Below, one piece after another: positions 1 through 12,244 of a stretch of 64,000 bases of DNA; position 1 is the stretch's first letter, and each line of letters opens with the position of its first letter. The position numbers and the translations under genes were made by a program. The DNA is from Octopus sinensis. Lineage: Eukaryota. The stretch is from NCBI RefSeq assembly GCF_006345805.1, contig NW_021833233.1, forward strand, positions 21,127 to 85,126, read 5' to 3'. The notes beneath the pieces were generated by a model. That model saw only the letters and a list, made by a program, of their open reading frames with translations. It did no database searches and had not been told where the DNA came from.

Positions 1-211
1 GGGCTAAACACAGAGGGGACAAACAAGGACAGACATAGGTATTAAGTCGATTATATCGACCCCAGTGCGTAACTGGTACTTAATTTATCGACCCCGAAAG
101 GATGAAAGGCAAAGTCGACCTCGGCGGAATTTGAACTCACACCGTAACGCACACGAAATACCGCTAAGCATTTCCCCCGGCGTGATAACGTTTCTGCCAA
201 CTCACCGCCTT
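1..211 (-). mobile_element. tRNA-derived SINE, family A (3' part runs off window)
   Basis: The minus strand reads GGCGGTGAGTTGGCAGAAACGTT (A-box-like) ... GAGTTCAAATTCC (B-box), then the body shared with more than 10 other copies in the window. Confidence 0.85.
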
Positions 212-868
212 AATTCATTCCTAATCTTAATAACGGATCATAGTTATAATTGGTGTACCTCACCATATTTTACACTTTTTCGTAAGATATTTCGTCACGT
301 TCACCATTGTACTTTAAACATCAAACGCTGATAAAATAAATTATCGTAAAGATCCATGCCGTGCGGCAAAACAACAGGGTCTCTTATTTAAACATTTTCG
401 ATATTTTCCTTATATAGTAAATTCAGATGTTGCCGATATATTACGAACATCTGAGAATAAGTATGATCACCTGAGGAACGAGATGGCTTGAACTGAAAAT
501 ATTAAGGAAACACTTCATACGTAGAAAATTAACTCAGTGCACTTACATAAGAAAACTTCAGATTTTTCTGCATTGCATACACTTCGTTAAAGAAAAATGT
601 ATCTGAATATTTCTTATGAAATTAATAGAATGTGATGAAGCATTGGTGGGAAATAAATATTCGTAAATATGAAAATTCTTTATTTATTTAATATCTAATG
701 AACATAAATTAATTCTGCACGAATACTTTTTTCACCCCTAAATATTTATATTTGTATATAAAGTCATTAGTTACTATAATTTATTAGCTTTTTTTGCATA
801 TTCTTAGTTTATGCATGTGTATGCAAATATAGTATTGGTATATCCCATTTATGTTCATTAGAAATTAA

Positions 869-1282
869 GGGTCTTTTCGGTTTGAACGGCAGTTTTTTCT
901 AGCGGTGTCATATGAAATTGTCACCCATAATTATGACCCTAGAATCGATCTATTGCATTTCAATCTCTTTTATGGTTGGGTTACGGGTGGGGAAGGGTAT
1001 CTTATTTTCTTCAGAATTGTAAATAATCCCATTCTGTTTCTTAAATGAGGAATATTTTCATACGGTACAGAATGCTTTTAACCTCAATAGACGTCATTGA
1101 TTGGTTGAAATTGCAGAAATTGAAGAAAAAAAAACAAAAATATCCTACAAACTATAGAATTTTCTCAATAAAGCCAAGAGAAAAAGATGTTTTATAAACA
1201 CATTCTACCAGTATACGAAGTTTAACATGTTTTAGCTACCTAGAAATTATGTTAAAAACTGGCGTTCAAACCGAAAAGATCC
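869..1282. mobile_element. MITE (non-autonomous DNA transposon, possibly PIF/Harbinger-like)
   Basis: 29-bp TIRs with 2 mismatches: GGGTCTTTTCGGTTTGAACGGCAGTTTTT / AAAAACTGGCGTTCAAACCGAAAAGATCC. Flanks are TAA/GAA and there is no ORF. Superfamily is inferred. Confidence 0.75.
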
Positions 1283-1671
1283 GAAATTAAATAAATAAAG
1301 AATTTTGACATGCACGAATATTTATTCCCCACCACTGTATTTATGTCATTTGCTATGTACGGATGCAAAAAACATCATATAGACACGTTGCTTAAATCTC
1401 TAAGACGATAATTTAGCTTTGTCTATCGACATAAGCTCTGAGTTCTATTCCTCTCTGTCGGAATATCCTCTCGGCCCCTCGATATGTTTGAATACGAAAT
1501 GACTTCTGTACTGAAGCACTACTGGTGGACAATTTGAATGTTGTAACTCGTTTAACTCGACGCTCTGCATTTACTACGAGATATACACTATGGCTTCATC
1601 AAATACATGATTCGCTTAAAATTATAGACGCTTCTTTATAGAACAATATTGTAGGCGTCCTGGTGATGTAA

Positions 1672-2062
1672 TCTTTATATATAAAAGAGAGGTTGTGTGT
1701 CTGTCTCCTACGATTTAGATTCTTAACTACTCCCACATTTTGCGGTGCAGTTTAACCAAAACCGGGTATCTTATTGTCGTGATTCATATCGAGCCCTTCT
1801 GGGTATTAGCGCGCGTCTACGATGAGTCTACGATTTTAAAAAAAATTACCATCAATTTTTCCCATTTTAATGCAGTTTTGGCATATATAAGGGAAGTAAC
1901 TCACTAAAAATTTATTATTAAATCTCAGAACGTAAAAAGCTACAGTAACACCCCCCCTTTGTGGTTAGCCATATTGAGATGGCTATTATACTTTACATCT
2001 CTAAAAATGCTTATATAGTTATTTCCCTTACAAATCTGAGCAACGCCGGGCGATACTGCTAG
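1672..2062 (+). mobile_element. Non-autonomous Helitron, copy 1
   Basis: A|TC 5' end, subterminal hairpin (TCTGAGCAACGCCGGG) and 3' CTAG, with no TSD. Confidence 0.8.
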
Positions 2063-2562
2063 TCTTTATATATAAAAGTGAAGTTGAGTGTCTGTCTCCT
2101 ACGATTTAGATTCCTAACTACTCCCATATTTTGCGGTGCAGTTTAACCAAAACCGGGTATCTTATAGTCGTGATTCATATCGAGCCCTTCTGGATATTAG
2201 CGCGCGTCTACGATGAGTCTACGATTTTAAAAAAATTTACCATCATTTTTTTTCCATTTTAATGAATTTTTTTCGCTATTATATAAGGTAAGTAACTCTC
2301 TAAAAATGTCTACGATGAGTCAACGATTTAAAAATAAATTACCATCATTTTTTTCCATTTTAATGCATTTTTTTCGCTATTATATAAGGGAAGTAACTCT
2401 CTAAAAATGTCTACGATGAGTCAACGATTTAAAAAAAATTTACCATCATTTTTTTTTCCATTTTTAATGCATTTTTTTGTTATCTTTTGGCTATAACTCT
2501 CTAAAAATGCTTATATAGTTATTTCCCTTACAAACCCGAGCAACGCCGGGCGATACTGCTAG
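2063..2562 (+). mobile_element. Non-autonomous Helitron, copy 2 (head-to-tail with copy 1; internal ~100-bp tandem repeats)
   Basis: Starts TC immediately after the CTAG of copy 1 and ends CCCGAGCAACGCCGGGCGATACTGCTAG|T. Three internal TCTACGATGAGTC...CATTTTAATG units. Confidence 0.8.
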
Positions 2563-3260
2563 TCTTTTATATTTCTCGAAATATCGTTAAAAAAATTTTT
2601 ACTGGCAAACAAAATTTTCCTATCGAGTTAAAACAACCTTTTGTTTGAATTAACCTAGTTAACCGTTTATTTTTGCATCCATAATTTTCCTTCCTCTCAT
2701 AAATTCTTTTACTCATATGCCTATTATTTTCTCTTTATACTCCATAGTTAATAATTGACAATATTTCTCACCATCAGCATCTTGTTTATTCTTTACACAT
2801 CTGTCACTTTTTCACCCACCCTTCAGTCCTCTCTTTGTTCCCGTCTTTCTTCCCCACTAAATTTCTTTCTATCTACGGTTTGTATGACTTTTTTTTATCG
2901 TAGTTAATGGCGCATTTATATGTTCACTTCGTTGTTAGTTCGTATTACAAAGCACATGCAAGCGCAGAACTCGTTTCACAAATATATACACTGTTATTTT
3001 AATTCGTAGCAATCCTCATAGGTTAACATGTACTGGGAAGAAATAATGTAACAAATGTGTATGCTAATATATATTTGTATATGTTAGTATATATATATGA
3101 AGACTGTATTTCTTTCTCTTTTATTTTTCCAATCTGTAGCAGTATATTTTTTCGGAGATCAGTAAGTTTGTTTCTATGAGTTTGCTTGTAATGAAATATA
3201 TGTGTATTTGTGTATGCATATGGATATATACGTGCATAAATACGTGTGTGTGTTAGTGTG

Positions 3261-3281
3261 TAAATAAGTATGTATATATAT

Positions 3282-3379
<98 letters not shown>

Positions 3380-3443
3380 TATAATATATATATATATATT
3401 ATATAATATATAAAAGTATATATATATATATATATATATAAAA

Positions 3444-3487
<44 letters not shown>

Positions 3488-3592
3488 TATATATATATAA
3501 TATATATATATATATATTATATATATATAAAAGTATACATACATATATATTGTATATATACATATATATATGTGTATATATATGTATATAAC

Positions 3593-3631
<39 letters not shown>

Positions 3632-3730
3632 GATATATATATATGTATATATATATATTTATATATATATTTATATGCGTGTTCATATTTCATATATAAC
3701 TCTATGTATATATATAATATATATATATAT
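3261..3730. repeat. (TA)n microsatellite punctuated by recurring AAAAG
   Basis: Seen directly. The same pattern recurs at 4460-4860. Explains the Y/I-rich ORFs. Confidence 0.95.
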
Positions 3731-4388
3731 AAAGCAAATAAGAAAATGGGTTAATTTCTGCTTTACACCCACTCATACCTATTACTCAATTGCGGTATTG
3801 CCCAGCAACGGTAAGCACTTGGATATTAATACGTAGGTATATATCCAGTAGTATATTGGATATTTATTAGCACTTACATTGTTGTTTAACCCCTAACTCA
3901 TATAGACATATACATATACATATATATGTGTGTATATATATAAATGTGTATACAAGAATGCTTCAACTTAACGTATATATCTCCATATGCATAGGCACCG
4001 CACATATGAATGCATATACTTCTGTCCACTCACACATACACACAGTTATATATTGAATCTAAATTACAGATCGATCAGCGAGAGTATCGCACTGGATTCA
4101 TAACACTTAAATATCTCTAAACTAAATTTGTATGACGAGAAGGGGGATATTTTAACCACATAAAAATTTCTACTTAATCCCTAAACGCTAAACTAATTCG
4201 TTTATTACTCTAGGTATATCAATTTATACAAGAATCTCCATAATATTTACAAAATCAGAAAACTGTGTTATAAATTCAATATCAAAATTCCAACGAAAGT
4301 ATTTTACGGGTTATTTTGTGATTTGAAGCATTTAAACAAACGTACCTTAATAAAGCATAAGGGTTGTCCACATAGTGGCCATCCCTCT

Positions 4389-4420
<32 letters not shown>

Positions 4421-4721
4421 TGTATGTATGTATGTATGTATGTATGTATGTATGTATGTATATATATATATATATATATAGATATATATATATATATATA
4501 TATAAAAGTATATATATATATATATAATATATATATATATATAAAAGTATATATATATATATATATATAAAAGTATATATATATATATCTATATATATAT
4601 ATATATAATATATAAAAGTATATAATATATAATATATATATATAATATATAATATATAAAAGTATACATACATATATATTGTATATATACATATATATAT
4701 GTGTATATATATGTATATAAC

Positions 4722-4788
<67 letters not shown>

Positions 4789-5515
4789 TTATATATATAT
4801 TTATATGCGTGTTCATATTTCATATATAACTCTATGTATATATATAATATATATATATATAAAGCAAATAGAAAATGGGTTAATTTCTGCTTACACCCAC
4901 TCATACCTATTACTCAATTGCGGTATTGCCCAGCAACGGTAAGCACTTGGATATTAATACGTAGGTATATATCCAGTAGTATATTGGATATTTATTAGCA
5001 CTTACATTGTTGTTTAACCCCTAACTCATATAGACATATACATATACATAATATGTGTGTATATATATAAATGTGTATACAAGAATGCTTCAACTTAACG
5101 TATATATCTCCATATGCATAGGCACCGCACATATGAATGCATATACTTCTGTCCACTCACACATACACACAGTTATATATTGAATCTAAATTACAGATCG
5201 ATCAGCGAGAGTATCGCACTGGATTCATAACACTTAAATATCTCTAAACTAAATTTGTATGACGAGAAGGGGGATATTTTAACCACATAAAAATTTCTAC
5301 TTAATCCCTAAACGCTAAACTAATTCGTTTATTACTCTAGGTATATCAATTTATACAAGAATCTCCATAATATTTACAAAATCAGAAAACTGTGTTATAA
5401 ATTCAATATCAAAATTCCAACGAAAGTATTTTACGGGTTATTTTGTGATTTGAAGCATTTAAACAAACGTACCTTAATAAAGCATAAGGGTTGTCCACAT
5501 AGTGGCCATCCCTCT

Positions 5516-5547
<32 letters not shown>

Positions 5548-5588
5548 TGTATGTATGTATGTATGTATGTATGTATGTATGTATGTAT

Positions 5589-5590
<2 letters not shown>
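3529..5590. repeat. ~1.13-kb near-identical tandem duplication
   Basis: TTATATGCGTGTTC at 3671 and 4801; ATCCCTCTTA at 4381 and 5508. The differences I saw are 1-bp indels. Confidence 0.95.
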
Positions 5591-5650
<60 letters not shown>

Positions 5651-5662
5651 TAAATAAATGGA

Positions 5663-5816
5663 GTTGAACGCAGATGCTATTCAAATTCTTTTACTTTCGG
5701 CATATTTCCTGATGAGAAGACTGCATTTTACACCGTTTATTCCTTTGGAATAAACCAATGTTGTCTTCGAAACGTATGTCGAAAGTAAATGAATTTGAAT
5801 AGCATCTGCGTTCAAC
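5663..5816. repeat. 42-bp inverted repeat enclosing a hammerhead motif
   Basis: Arms 5663-5704 and 5775-5816 (GTTGAACGCAGATGCTATTCAAATTC... / ...GAATTTGAATAGCATCTGCGTTCAAC), 2 mismatches. Confidence 0.9.
5705..5784 (+). ncRNA. Minimal type I hammerhead ribozyme motif
   Basis: Stem I TTTC/GAAA; CTGATGA 5709-5715; stem II GAAGAC/GTCTTC with inner GTTTATTCC/GGAATAAAC hairpin; GAAA 5769-5772; stem III AC-GTAT-GT; predicted cleavage after GUC at 5780. Confidence 0.8.
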
Positions 5817-6179
5817 CCCAGTTATTTACTCATACTACACAAATTACTGCACATTAACCCGGAGTTTCTACCTTTGAATAGGTCGCTTCATCGTCTTACT
5901 TGCGTGAATTTTGCTACCTTGGTAACTGTTTATTCAATTTTCCATGTTAACGGTAAACAAAAAATAATTCATTCATCCATTCATATATATATATATATTC
6001 ATACGTCCCCATATATTTACACATGCATTCAGACCTCTATATTTATATATTCTTATATACACAAGCATACGTACTCACACACACACACATGAATACGTAT
6101 CTACCCTACTCAAGTCTTTACGTTCACATATACATTGATGTGAGAAGAATTAGTTAGATGATAAGGTACCTCCGTGAGT

Positions 6180-7260
6180 TGTTCTTTTCAACGATGAAAT
6201 GATCGAAATTGTAGCTGTCATCCACTTCTATTTGGATATATGCATCTTTTATAAAAATCCCTTTATTGTGGAGTGGAATATCATTTCTTTTGTGTCTGGT
6301 AGTGGTTTGTACTTTCTAATGAAGAATTCTTCTTTATATTTCCGGAAAATTTCGTTGAACATTTGTAAATACAGTTCGTTATCAAAGAGGAAATGGTTGT
6401 TCGGCAATATTGATTGGAGCCTTTCCAAAATAAACTCTTTCAGAAATCTCTCTGAAATGGAATCTGGGTGTTTTGTAATCCAGAAGTTTACAGCTTGTTA
6501 GAATATAGGCTTGTTACTCTTGTAATCCAGAAGTTAACAGCTTGTTAGAATATAAGTTTGTTACTCTTCTAACAAGCTGTTAGAATAACAGCTTGTAAAA
6601 ATATGCCAAGCTACATCAGAGATGATATGGAATTCCTGAACTATATCCTCCAGAATGTACACCAAGACACAGTCTTAGTCAGCTTTGAGGTAACAAGCTT
6701 ATATTCTAACAAGCTTATGGTCTAACAAGCTGTTATTCTAACAGCTTGTTAGACCATAAGCTTGTTAGAATATAAGCTTGTTACCTCAAAGCTGACTAAG
6801 ACTGTGTCTTGGTGTACATTCTGGAGGATATAGTTCAGGAATTCCATATCATCTCTGATGTAGCTTGGCATATTTTTACATAGGGGTTTCAGAATGATGT
6901 CTAATACAGTGGCTTAGACCAGCAACAAGTGGGCGTTATTTTAATTCTGTCGGTTTTGGCATTTCGACATATATATTTTTGCATTTTATGTTGTTTAGGA
7001 TTTCTTTGGATCTGTGAACTTTCGGTAATCTACAAAAATTGCTGGTTTTCATTTAAAAGTTAAGTAATTGATTTCATTTAGTCTGAGGTTATTTAGGTAC
7101 TTTCTCGTCAATTTACCTATTTGAATCATCGATTTTCTTTCTTCGGTTTTGTTAATTTTCCTATAAAACCCCTCGTCAATCAACTCCTCTAGGGCCATAT
7201 CTTTGAAGTGGTTTTCGCCCATGATGAAGATTGCTCTGCCTTTGTCAGCATCTTTTTATG
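6180..7260 (-). pseudogene. Penelope-like element reverse transcriptase fragment (stops, frameshifts, rearranged)
   Basis: Manual translation gives ADKGRAIFIM, NFCRLPKVHRSK, RPLVAG, LDIILKPL..PSYIRDD, VLVSFEVTSLYSN, and further on WITKHPD..ERFLKEFILE..NNHFLFDNELYLQ, which are PLE RT motifs. Confidence 0.85.
6594..6880. repeat. Perfect 142-bp palindrome with 3-nt loop inside the PLE RT fragment
   Basis: Arm 6594-6735 is the reverse complement of 6739-6880. Loop is TTC. Confidence 0.95.
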
Positions 7261-7369
7261 ATTATTGAGAAAAATACAAGAAAGATTTCATATTCCCTAC
7301 AACTATAAAGAAAAAGAAGAAACAACAAAAGCTATAAAACAACTGAAGTCCAAACTAAAACTGAAGCAA

Positions 7370-7830
7370 CAAAATACCCTTACATGGCAAATAATGGGGT
7401 AATCTAAACATAACTAGACAAAGTAAACTTCCAACAATAGTTAAGAAGCTCAGAAGTTGAAGCAGAGACTGAAGGATTTTTAATTGCAGCACAATATTAA
7501 AACCTCCTTACCAGAAACCACCAGAAACACATAATGACGAAAAATACGATTAACTGCAGGATATGTGTGGGTGAGGAAGAAATAATAAATTATATTGTCT
7601 CTGGCTGCTCAGTGCAGGCTGAAAAGGAATATATCCACAGACATAACAGTGTTGGGATCTATATATACTGGAAGCTACGCCAGTACTAAGGAATAACAGA
7701 CAAAAGGATGGTGTAGGCATACGCCAGAAAAGGTCTCAGAAACTAACAAAGCAACCACACTCTGGGACGTGACAACACATACAAATAGAGAAATCAAGGC
7801 TAATGGAAGAGATGGGTTACTCGACGAGAA
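7370..7830 (+). pseudogene. R4/Dong-type non-LTR retrotransposon, zinc-knuckle/RLE region fragment
   Basis: Translates EAETEGFLIAAQ..LLTRNH..NCRICVGEEE..YIVSGC...YIHRHN...TLWDVTTHTNREIKAN with stops. Confidence 0.75.
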
Positions 7831-7849
7831 GAAAATTCTAACTGGGTCC

Positions 7850-8135
7850 CACCTGCAAGGTCAAGTGCTCTTTATTTTGATATGAGAATGAGATCACCAT
7901 GGCATGCACATATGGTTGTGATGCATGTGCCTAGTGTAACCTTATCAGACGGGTAGTCATGATGGGTATACTGGGCTCCGTATATTTTACCCCAGTGACA
8001 CTTTGATGGCATGCACTGTTCTCTCACTCAATAATAATAATGATAAAAATGATAGTAATAATAATAATAATAATATTAATAATAATAATAATAATAGTAG
8101 TAGTAATAATAATAGTAATAATAATAATAATAATG
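7850..8135 (+). mobile_element. Retroposon 3' end (SINE tail or LINE 3' UTR) ending in (TAA)n
   Basis: ...GGCATGCACTGTTCTCTCACTC is followed directly by a ~100-bp (AAT)n tract. Family assignment is uncertain. Confidence 0.45.
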
Positions 8136-8903
8136 ATTTCATTTAGGTGTTGACTCTGCAGTTTACCCAATAAAGCACACATCCGCGGATCCAGAATATC
8201 GGATTGTAGTCATCATAATTTATCCAACATTTGCCTGAAAATTCCTCAAGTATCCACAGATATTTTACGATTATAAACAAGGCAAGTGGAGAAAGAAAGT
8301 CGCTTTATAACAAGATGTTGAACTATTTCATCTGTATGGTTGCTTTGCCATTTTCTGAGACTTTCATCTTATCAAATATTGTTATAATACGCAGTAATAT
8401 GTGCAAATATCGATTCTGGAGGTGTCGCTGACACGTACGAAAATTGGATTCTTCACAATTATGCACAAATGGTAATTGCTCGATAAATAGTTTTTAGGCA
8501 TAAACCTGATGAGTTGAATTTTGTAACGTGTCATTGACCCCCTAAAGAATCAAAATTTGAGATAGTATTGTATGATATGGAAATATTCATAGAGATCAGA
8601 TTCAGATGAAACACACATACATACACACGCTCAGACACACTCACACATATGTATTTATGGGTATTTGAAGATATTTATATAATTATAAGCGGGAGTGCTG
8701 AAAGGTTTCTGGCTGTATGGTTATCGCGAATGGTCTGGTTAGAATCCGAACGAAATTCTTTCACAAATTGAGGTCGTCCCTAATTAAAACGCAGAAACAT
8801 CTCTTCATAGAAGTGTTCTTGGTGTGCATGTGCGTATAAAGTGTCCCGGTTATATACTTACATATATACATACATACATACATATATATATATATATAGT
8901 ATG

Positions 8904-8942
<39 letters not shown>

Positions 8943-9032
8943 TATATATATATCTATATATACATACATACATACATATACATATATACGCACACACACA
9001 CACACACATATATGTATATATCTGTAACATAT

Positions 9033-9074
<42 letters not shown>

Positions 9075-9307
9075 CGTATGCATGTATATATAGCTTAGAT
9101 GTGTATATATGTATGTATGTCTATGGTTGTGCATGCCTGTCTTTTATCCTTGTATTTTGTAATTTTTTCACCAGCAGTCGGACTGTTCCACTGCATTAAA
9201 AAATTTTAGTTGAACGACTCGCTCCTAGGGCTTAGTTATTTTGAAATCTTTTTACTTATTTTATTGACATCTTTTGCTGAACAACTAGGTTACAGGAACG
9301 AAAAATA

Positions 9308-9545
9308 CCAACGCCGGTTGTCGGGCGGGATGGGGTGGACAAACACAAACAGAAAGTCACGCAGACACACACACACACACACATATATATGGTTAAATAT
9401 ATATGATGGGCATATTTGAAGTTCCGTCTAACAAGACCCCTCGCAGTCAGGTCGGATCCGAGGTGTAGTAGAAGATATCTGCTCAAGGTGTAACGCAGCT
9501 GAAATGAACCGCCAACCCTGTCCTTGTGAAGCAAAAGTCTAAACA
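9308..9545 (-). mobile_element. SINE family B, degenerate
   Basis: Diverged match to the family B copies at 55918 and 49251, including the central (CA)/(TA) tract. Confidence 0.6.
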
Positions 9546-9613
9546 CAAAGGTACGCCTACTACAGTGCGACTGCTTTCCTAAGAATATTTTCTAAATTGG
9601 CGGCTCTGTTGTG

Positions 9614-9652
<39 letters not shown>

Positions 9653-9660
9653 CTTTAACT

Positions 9661-10187
9661 CCTGAAAAATGTTTCAACCCGAAAGCTGCGGCCATGCTGT
9701 CGCACCACCGTTGACTGTGCTACACTTGTATGGGAAGCCACCTCTGATACGTGAACAAGGGAGTTCGACGCCGCTGTCCGCATCTGTGTTTCCTGCCGAG
9801 AAGTAGGTTTATCTGAAACCCCTGACAAGAAGAGATCGAGTTTAGTTTTAAAGAAGCCCACATCATCACCATGCAGGTCTCTCAGGCATTTAGGAAGAAT
9901 ATTGAAACCCAAGCTGTTGCAGTATCTGGTCCTGTATTTTCATGGTGATGGTGGAATATTTGGCACCATGCAGTGGCGCCCCGTTCTGTTGTTGGGGTAA
10001 CTTTCAGTGCCGAAATTTGGGACAAGGCCCTCAAAGATTTTCCAGATGTATATCACTGTATATCCCTACCGCCTTTGCTCCAAGGAGAAGAGTTTAAATA
10101 CTTTCAGTCTTAGCCAGTAGCTGATATGGGGCATTGAGACGTTCTTCTTAGTGTAGCTTCGTTGGATTGCTTCGAGCTCTACTGTTA

Positions 10188-10190
<3 letters not shown>
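9661..10190 (-). pseudogene. CR1/L2-group LINE ORF2 C-terminus plus 3' UTR
   Basis: LEAIQRSYTK..SYWLRLKVFKLFSLEQRR..IYIWKIFEGLVPN..FNILPKCLRDL..FKTKLDLFL, followed by a tail CAGCATGGCCGCAG...GAAACA. Confidence 0.8.
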
Positions 10191-10241
<51 letters not shown>

Positions 10242-10249
10242 ATATATAG

Positions 10250-10286
<37 letters not shown>

Positions 10287-10347
10287 CGATCGATGGATAG
10301 ATGGATAGATAGATAGATAGATGGATGGATGGATGGATGGATGGATT

Positions 10348-10405
<58 letters not shown>

Positions 10406-10460
10406 GGATAGATATATGGATAGATAGATGGATAAATAGATAGATATAGATAGATAGATA
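10190..10460. repeat. (TA)n/(GATA)n/(GGAT)n compound microsatellite
   Basis: Seen directly. Confidence 0.95.
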
Positions 10461-10507
10461 CATATATACACACACACATATCTATATATACGTACGTATG
10501 TATATAT

Positions 10508-10546
<39 letters not shown>

Positions 10547-11039
10547 CTATATATGTATATACATTTATATGTATATGCGTTTGTGTTTAAATATGAGTAT
10601 ATAAATATGTACATGCGTACAAACATACACACACATATATATATATATATATGCATACATAGATTCATAAATACTTTGTTATATATACACATATATACAT
10701 TCAACTTTATCTACCTAGGCTTTATATGAGAGATAACTGGAAGCGTACAACCTAATTATTTCGAACATCATCGTCATAGTGTTTTTTCTCCTTATTCTTT
10801 TATTCTTGTTCGTCTATTCTTTAAATCTTGTATGTTTTGCTCAGTTCAGCAATGTGTTGTATTATTGAACACATTATTATTGCGAAATGCCTAAAAGCAG
10901 AAGTGTAATTTTTTTTTTTTTTTTTTGGTTTTATTTTGGTTTTCTGTTTCTACTTAGCCAAATGTCTTCAAAGTTAATTTTTTTTTTACACATATAAATA
11001 GAATATCAGGACGGGTATTATCAATAATAAAATTGATAA

Positions 11040-11292
11040 GGACAAGCAAAACAACAATGATGATGATTACGATGATAGCAAAAACAACAACAACACCAAC
11101 AACAGCAATAAAACTAATAATAATAATAATAATAATAATAATGATGATGATGAAGATGATGATGATAATAATAACAATAATAATAATAAAAATAATAATA
11201 AAATAATAATAATAATAATAATTATTATTATTATTATTATGATAATAATAATAATAATAATGATAACAACCACAATAATAATAATAATAATA

Positions 11293-11328
<36 letters not shown>

Positions 11329-11338
11329 CAACAACAAC

Positions 11339-11370
<32 letters not shown>

Positions 11371-11521
11371 TGATAACAACAACAGCAACAACAATAATAA
11401 TAGTAATAATAATAATAATAATTATAATTATAATAATAATAATAATAATGATAATAATAATAATAATAATAATAGTAATAATAATAATAATAATAATAAT
11501 GATAACAACAACAACAACAAC

Positions 11522-11562
<41 letters not shown>

Positions 11563-11581
11563 TAACAACAACAACAGCAAC

Positions 11582-11610
<29 letters not shown>
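11040..11610. repeat. (AAT)n/(AAC)n/(GAT)n compound microsatellite
   Basis: Seen directly. A related block lies at 12585-12865. Confidence 0.95.
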
Positions 11611-11613
<3 letters not shown>

Positions 11614-11859
11614 GCTGCCAATATTGCTGATCGTTAAGTCATAACCATTATCTATACGATCATTATAATTATCAATATTAGACAAAATTACATTGAATTT
11701 TTCACATCGCTGAAGCATTACTTAGGAAGAAACCAAGAATCAGCTTCCTTACAGATATTTAATTAAGATAGAATCATACACAGACATCAACATACACTCA
11801 CACGCTCACGCATATGTATACACCCACACATCTATGCATGCATAATTATATACATTATA

Positions 11860-11875
11860 ATATATGCATATATAC

Positions 11876-11909
<34 letters not shown>

Positions 11910-11987
11910 GCATGTATGTATATATATATATACGTTTACATATATATACATATATATATACACGTACACATACATATATATATATAA

Positions 11988-12032
<45 letters not shown>

Positions 12033-12198
12033 CATACATATATACATGCAAGTATGCATGAATGAGTGAGCATAAATATCCATTATATATATATATATAT
12101 ATGATTACACTCACAAACTCACTAACAGGCTCATATATACATACATAATTATATACTACTACAATTGTGCTTGTGATATATATATATATGTGTGTATA

Positions 12199-12244
<46 letters not shown>

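Noticed and set aside
8505-8545. CTGATGAG at ~8506, and similar isolated CTGATGA at ~18983, ~24947 and ~49774
   Set aside because: No stem II closing onto GAAA and no stem I/III pairing.
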